IMG/VR virus record: IMGVR_UViG_3300024259_000010
Coordinates: 124,001 to 188,000 of that record
Direction: 5' to 3' (one strand)
Length of the DNA stretch: 64,000 nt
Numbering within the stretch: the stretch's first letter is position 1; every line of letters starts with the position of its first letter. Below are positions 59,488 to 64,000 of the stretch, piece by piece. The notes under the pieces were generated by a model that did no database searches, was not told the origin of the DNA, and worked only from the letters and a program-made list of their open reading frames with translations. Both the position numbers and the translations under genes were made by a program.

Positions 59488-59958
59488 ATGAAAGAAAATA
59501 TGTATAATAAAAAACAGATAGCTGATTTCTTAAAGAAGCAGTTCCCAAGTAGTACAACTAAGATTGTACTTGAAGATGATCTTTATGAGATCTTACCTAA
59601 GAAGTTTTTCAAATTAAGTTTAATGCAGAGAATCCTAGGAGTGAAAGCTTGGGAGTATGCATTGGGTGGAGCAGATTGTGGTAAACGTGCTGTTAGATTA
59701 TGCGCATACTACTTCTCTAAGTTCCATGATAAAGGTGGTGTTAAGTTTTTCCAAGAAGGATTAATGCCTGCACCGATTGTTGGTATTGTTAAGTACAAAC
59801 GTGAACGTCAACAAGATTGGCATATCATTCTAGCTACAGTTCTTGTAGAAGATGGTAAAATGAAACTCATGTTTATAGAACGCAAAAAAGATCATTTATG
59901 GTATCCTACTCTTAGTGATACTGAGATGAGATCTATTAAATATTTCCATTCGTATTAA
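59488..59958 (+). CDS. Hypothetical protein (possible Cys-His-Glu transglutaminase-like fold)
   Basis: GADCGKRA...WHII...FIE spacing; GGAGG RBS. Confidence 0.45.
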   Translation: MKENMYNKKQIADFLKKQFPSSTTKIVLEDDLYEILPKKFFKLSLMQRILGVKAWEYALGGADCGKRAVRLCAYYFSKFHDKGGVKFFQEGLMPAPIVGIVKYKRERQQDWHIILATVLVEDGKMKLMFIERKKDHLWYPTLSDTEMRSIKYFHSY

Positions 59959-60025
59959 TTAATTTGTTATAGGTTTAATACATTATATAGATTTAATAGA
60001 ATCGTATTAATAAGGAGAAAGTAAC

Positions 60026-60604
60026 ATGGAAGAACCTGCAGTTGAAGAAGTACAGGAACTTAACGTAGAAGAAATTGTTGATAACGTATCACCTGTTGAA
60101 AATAAAGAAGAAGATGATGGAACAGGTTTCCCATTGTTAGAAGATATGTCTTTTCTAGAATCAGGTGGTGTTGACAAAGATGGTAATCCAGTTGTTGACC
60201 AAGCGGCTCTACAAAAGCAGCTCGAAGAATCTAAACGTTCTACTCTATTGAAAATGGAACACATTGAACAAACGATCACTGATGTACCTAGACCATCATC
60301 ATGGACTGAAGCACATAAGTATGCGGATATCATTATACGAGTAATGGATATGAAGCAACAATATGGTGAAGGCCCAACTGGTGATCCATCAGCTGTAATT
60401 AAACTCATGCCTAAAGATATCGCCGATAGAGATCTTAAGGAAGAGTATCAAAAAGTTGAAGCTAAAGAATCTGACCTCAGTTTTCGTGGTCGTGAGTTAA
60501 TCAGTAAGTTGTATTTCATTTATGGTAAACGCACATATGCTAATATTGTAAGATCTGCCGCTAACACAGCAAAGGTAAATCTAGTTAAAAAATGGTGGGA
60601 GTAG
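60026..60604 (+). CDS. Hypothetical protein upstream of uvsX
   Basis: 192 aa, acidic N-terminus; AAGGAG RBS. Confidence 0.6.
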   Translation: MEEPAVEEVQELNVEEIVDNVSPVENKEEDDGTGFPLLEDMSFLESGGVDKDGNPVVDQAALQKQLEESKRSTLLKMEHIEQTITDVPRPSSWTEAHKYADIIIRVMDMKQQYGEGPTGDPSAVIKLMPKDIADRDLKEEYQKVEAKESDLSFRGRELISKLYFIYGKRTYANIVRSAANTAKVNLVKKWWE

Positions 60605-60605
60605 T

Positions 60606-61985
60606 ATGAGTAATAACGTATTCGAGTCACTATATGGAGATAGTCCTCCATTAACATTATTTAACACAGGTACATTGTTCGACCTTATGGCTGGAGCATA
60701 TACTGTAGGCTCGGATGGTAAGTTTTATCTAAATGGGGGTTTAGGTAATTTTATCACCGGTCTCCATGGAAGAGGTAATACTTTTAAAAGTACTCTTACT
60801 GATGCTCTTGTTATGGGTGTTCTTCGTAACTATGATGATGTTCAATGCTTCTGTGTTGATACTGAACATAGTAAAGATAAAGCACGCATCATGTCCTTTG
60901 TTAATAGTGGTATATTTGAACCTACAGATGTATCAGATAGATTCCATCTTAAAGCTGGTCCTGAATGGACTATCAATAAAGTATGGGATTTAGTTAAGCA
61001 AGTTTGTGAACTAAAGGCTAAGAATAAAAAAGCTCTTTATCAGAAAACTAACTTCCTAGATTATCATGGTAAACAGATGAATGTCTGGTCACCAACTATT
61101 ATCTGGATCGATAGTTTCTCTCAACTTAAATCTGATGCAGAAGGTGATATCCTCGGATTGGATGCTGATGCTAAATCAAAGAAAGATGAGCGTGAAATAG
61201 AGAATAAGAAAAATAAGACTCTCTATATGGATGATGGTAATAAGAAGACTATGTTGATGGCCGCATTAAATAAGATGTGTGCTGAGTATGGTATCATCAT
61301 TACAACCACTGCTCATACTGGTGATAACTTTGCTATGGATGGTGCACCACCTTCTAAAGAGTTATTACATCAGAAACAAAAAGATAAGATCAAAGGAGTT
61401 GGATCTAAGTTCACAACATTGACACATGTTCTTACTCAGGTACAATCCTGTAAGTTCTGTCAAGACAGTGCTAAGAAAGCTCTTTACTGTGATGGTGCAA
61501 CTGCTGATCAAGATCTAAATGAATTAAGTGTTGTTATCAGTAGAAACAAAGTAGGTGCAAGTGGTATCTCTGTTCCATTCGTTGTATCCCAAGCACATGG
61601 ATTGTTAAACGATGTTAGCAATCTTAACTTCTTGAGAACATATGGATATGAAGGTTTGACTGGCGGTGCTAGTAAACCTAACAATAGTTGTTCATGGTTG
61701 CCCGAAACTACCTTCACTCGAAACAATGTTAGAGAGAAGTTTAGAGGCGATTACCAACTATGTCGTGCAATGGAATTAGTTGCAAGATATAGATATATTC
61801 AATTATCATGGAATCTAAGTAAACTACCTATTGATTTCACTCGACCACCCGAACAAGTATTCGACCTATTGACCAAGTCTTCAATGAAGATGGAAGATAT
61901 TTTGAATACTACATCTAATTGGTCCTTTAAGAAACGTGATCGTGAGTTCATGACTCTGTTCGACATTATTGGACAAATCAAATAA
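60606..61985 (+). CDS. uvsX: UvsX/RecA-like recombinase (phiKZ gp152-like)
   Basis: NTGTLFD, Walker A GRGNTFKST, VDTE, IIWIDSFS, TAH, RNKVGASG. Confidence 0.85.
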   Translation: MSNNVFESLYGDSPPLTLFNTGTLFDLMAGAYTVGSDGKFYLNGGLGNFITGLHGRGNTFKSTLTDALVMGVLRNYDDVQCFCVDTEHSKDKARIMSFVNSGIFEPTDVSDRFHLKAGPEWTINKVWDLVKQVCELKAKNKKALYQKTNFLDYHGKQMNVWSPTIIWIDSFSQLKSDAEGDILGLDADAKSKKDEREIENKKNKTLYMDDGNKKTMLMAALNKMCAEYGIIITTTAHTGDNFAMDGAPPSKELLHQKQKDKIKGVGSKFTTLTHVLTQVQSCKFCQDSAKKALYCDGATADQDLNELSVVISRNKVGASGISVPFVVSQAHGLLNDVSNLNFLRTYGYEGLTGGASKPNNSCSWLPETTFTRNNVREKFRGDYQLCRAMELVARYRYIQLSWNLSKLPIDFTRPPEQVFDLLTKSSMKMEDILNTTSNWSFKKRDREFMTLFDIIGQIK

Positions 61986-61992
61986 ATTATAT

Positions 61993-62032
61993 CTACAGTA
62001 CTACGGGAAACCGTAGTACTGTAGTTCTTTTT
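61993..62032 (+). terminator. Intrinsic terminator, GAAA tetraloop
   Basis: CTACAGTACTACGG-GAAA-CCGTAGTACTGTAG followed by TTCTTTTT. Confidence 0.8.
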
Positions 62033-62092
62033 AGTTCAGATATATATTACTTATTTAGATTAACTAATTTAAATAAATAAGAAAGGTATATT

Positions 62093-62551
62093 ATGAAAAT
62101 TATTAAGAACATTGCGCGGTTGATTTTAATGGATATGGCTATGTTATTGTTCAAGAACAATAGCGGATTCGTAGAAGCTATTCTAATGCAGTACTGTGGG
62201 GTTACAGAAGGAGCATGTTGTTTAGTAGGTTTCTTTGTCAAACAACATATCATATGTAATGTGAAAGACGAGCAGACGGCTCATGCATTTCTATTACATG
62301 AGGAAGGGCATAAGGATTTGATACTTCGAATCCGAATGCAGGTATTAAAAGGTAAAGCAGCACCTGGTATAGTGCTCGATTTAGAAGAAGAGATGATAGC
62401 CGATAACTATGCTACCAAGCGTGGATATGGTAAACCCATATTAGATGCATTAAACAACCTATTAATGGGCAATACTGCTGACATTAGTGAAGGATGTATT
62501 GATCTTCTGACAACACGACGGAATAATATCTTATCGCAATTGTTGGTATGA
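62093..62551 (+). CDS. Early protein with HEXXH metallopeptidase-like motif
   Basis: FLLHEEGH...EEEMIADNYA (M48-like); TATATTAC at 62043. Confidence 0.65.
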   Translation: MKIIKNIARLILMDMAMLLFKNNSGFVEAILMQYCGVTEGACCLVGFFVKQHIICNVKDEQTAHAFLLHEEGHKDLILRIRMQVLKGKAAPGIVLDLEEEMIADNYATKRGYGKPILDALNNLLMGNTADISEGCIDLLTTRRNNILSQLLV

Positions 62552-62678
62552 TATGACATTAATATGTGTAACAAAAGAGAGAGAGTGTAAACTCTCTTTT
62601 TTTTCTTTTTATCAATTTTTGAAAAACCTATACTTGCCATTATATGTATATAAATTTATAAAAGCAAAAGGAGAGGCT

Positions 62679-64000
62679 ATGTTCGAAGTCATAAGCTCAG
62701 TCCCTGATATATTTAACACTGCTATCTATACTGTAGCTAGGCAGGCGTTTAATGAATTCACAGAACGTGCTGGTATTGCAGGATATTTTAAAAACAATAT
62801 TAACTATAATTCACTTGGTACTAGTGTGTCAGGTTCTAATGATATTGGTGGTTTACCACTGATGCAACAGAATAGAGCAGATATTGCTATTCAATATAAT
62901 TTTGGATTATTAGAACAACATTATGAAGTTGGTAAAACATCCGATGAGTATCAACAATCATTATCACATCTAAACCATGCTAATTACAAAGTTATTTTCA
63001 CTGAACCACTTGATAGGATTTCAATTATTGAATACGATAGACCATTAACTATTACTCTCAGTTGTGTATTATTTCTAAATGATCTAGTTAGCGCTACAGA
63101 TGTACAACAGCGTCTACAATCTATTTTCACTAACGGTGTCATAACACATGATATCATGTACTCATATTTCTTACCGCCTAATGTTTATGTGAGATTATAT
63201 GAACTGTATAAGTTTGCAGGAAATGATCCTCAGGATTTCATGGCACATATTGCTAAGTTCTCAGGTGATAGAATTATGAAGACTGTCAATAGACATGATA
63301 ATTCAGATAGTGCATTATCTGTTAAGAAAACAAAGACAGGCATTGTATCTAGTATTGAACCTATACAGGGGACACCCACCCCAGTTGGTAATGAAAACTC
63401 TCCTGATATGTATGAGATGTCGTTATCAATAAATACACAATTATCCATGTCTAATCTAATAGGTATTTCATATCCTATCGTTATAGATAATAAATTGGTA
63501 CCAAGAGAATATATAACTTTAAAAGATACTCATATATTCACTCCACCTAATACTACACATCCATACTTCTCTGTAGATAAATATATTAATTTATTGAAAG
63601 ATGAAATGACAGTACCAGAGAAACCAGTACACATACCTTGGTATGATAAATGGACTCCACCTGTAATCAAGATAATGCATAAGTATAAACCTTTTTTTAT
63701 CTCTGTTGTGCTTCTTGATAATATCGCTGATGATAATGCTTTTACTGATATTGATTTAGATGGTGACTTAGGAGGTGTTACATTAATACCTAGTGTTGTC
63801 AATGCCATTAGAGATCAGGGTGATAGTAGTTTATATCTAATTGAAAATATAAATATTAGTTTATATAGAAATGATATAATGGTAGAACCATCGACATTAG
63901 AATTTGTAAACGGCACCACACTTCGTATTCATAATAGAAATACCAATGGTGTATATCGATTAGTAATATCAGCCACTGACGTTATTCTAGGTTCTCTTCG
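62679..64000 (+). CDS. phiKZ-like virion structural protein, C-terminus beyond window
   Basis: ATG at 62679 with AGGAG RBS and late-type motif at 62638; frame appears open to the window end (MFEVISSVPDIFN...). Confidence 0.55.
   Translation, partial: MFEVISSVPDIFNTAIYTVARQAFNEFTERAGIAGYFKNNINYNSLGTSVSGSNDIGGLPLMQQNRADIAIQYNFGLLEQHYEVGKTSDEYQQSLSHLNHANYKVIFTEPLDRISIIEYDRPLTITLSCVLFLNDLVSATDVQQRLQSIFTNGVITHDIMYSYFLPPNVYVRLYELYKFAGNDPQDFMAHIAKFSGDRIMKTVNRHDNSDSALSVKKTKTGIVSSIEPIQGTPTPVGNENSPDMYEMSLSINTQLSMSNLIGISYPIVIDNKLVPREYITLKDTHIFTPPNTTHPYFSVDKYINLLKDEMTVPEKPVHIPWYDKWTPPVIKIMHKYKPFFISVVLLDNIADDNAFTDIDLDGDLGGVTLIPSVVNAIRDQGDSSLYLIENINISLYRNDIMVEPSTLEFVNGTTLRIHNRNTNGVYRLVISATDVILGSL

Larger units (their letters stand above)
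25660..62050 (+). promoter_or_regulatory. Early-type promoter motif TATATTA(C/T), dispersed copies
   Basis: Intergenic copies at 25660, 29175, 37321, 37563, 38148, 39970, 42767 and 62043; TATATTAC is the known phiKZ early (virion RNAP) promoter consensus. Confidence 0.75.
2322..62646. promoter_or_regulatory. Late-type promoter motif CAT-N2-TATG, dispersed copies
   Basis: + strand at 2381, 9743, 13300, 17829, 34881, 52066 and 62638; - strand at 2322, 20886, 24625 and 31539; mostly directly upstream of structural genes; phiKZ late promoters end in TATG. Confidence 0.65.

Noticed and set aside
1-64000. CRISPR array, tRNAs, DGR/retron reverse transcriptase, stop-codon reassignment
   Set aside because: No regularly spaced repeats, cloverleafs or RT motifs seen by eye (tRNAscan not run); long ORFs are intact in the standard code; the hairpins differ in sequence and are not array repeats

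Overview
AT-rich, densely coding segment of a phiKZ-related jumbo myophage. It contains: tail sheath (running off the left end); a divergent baseplate/tail block; a probable virion RNAP beta' C-terminal fragment; prohead protease; terminase; SbcC; RuvC; DnaB; major capsid protein; half of a split family-B DNA polymerase interrupted by a group I intron with an HNH endonuclease; a non-virion RNAP beta' subunit (NADFDGD); tail-fibre/LamG adhesin genes; class II ribonucleotide reductase; and UvsX. Two promoter motif classes are visible (TATATTAC, and CAT-N2-TATG), as are many long intergenic hairpins. The most unusual items are: (1) a cassette of two GT90 glycosyltransferases, a sulfotransferase and a decayed third GT90 inserted among virion-assembly genes, with a GT11-like gene beside the fibres; (2) a shared N-terminal M-x-I-G-[ILM]-[ED] tag on unrelated proteins that matches the head-protease cleavage motif; (3) an active plus degenerate ClpP pair between the head protease and terminase; (4) signal-peptide-bearing fibre-like proteins. 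All family assignments come from motif recognition and remembered phiKZ synteny; no database searches were run.
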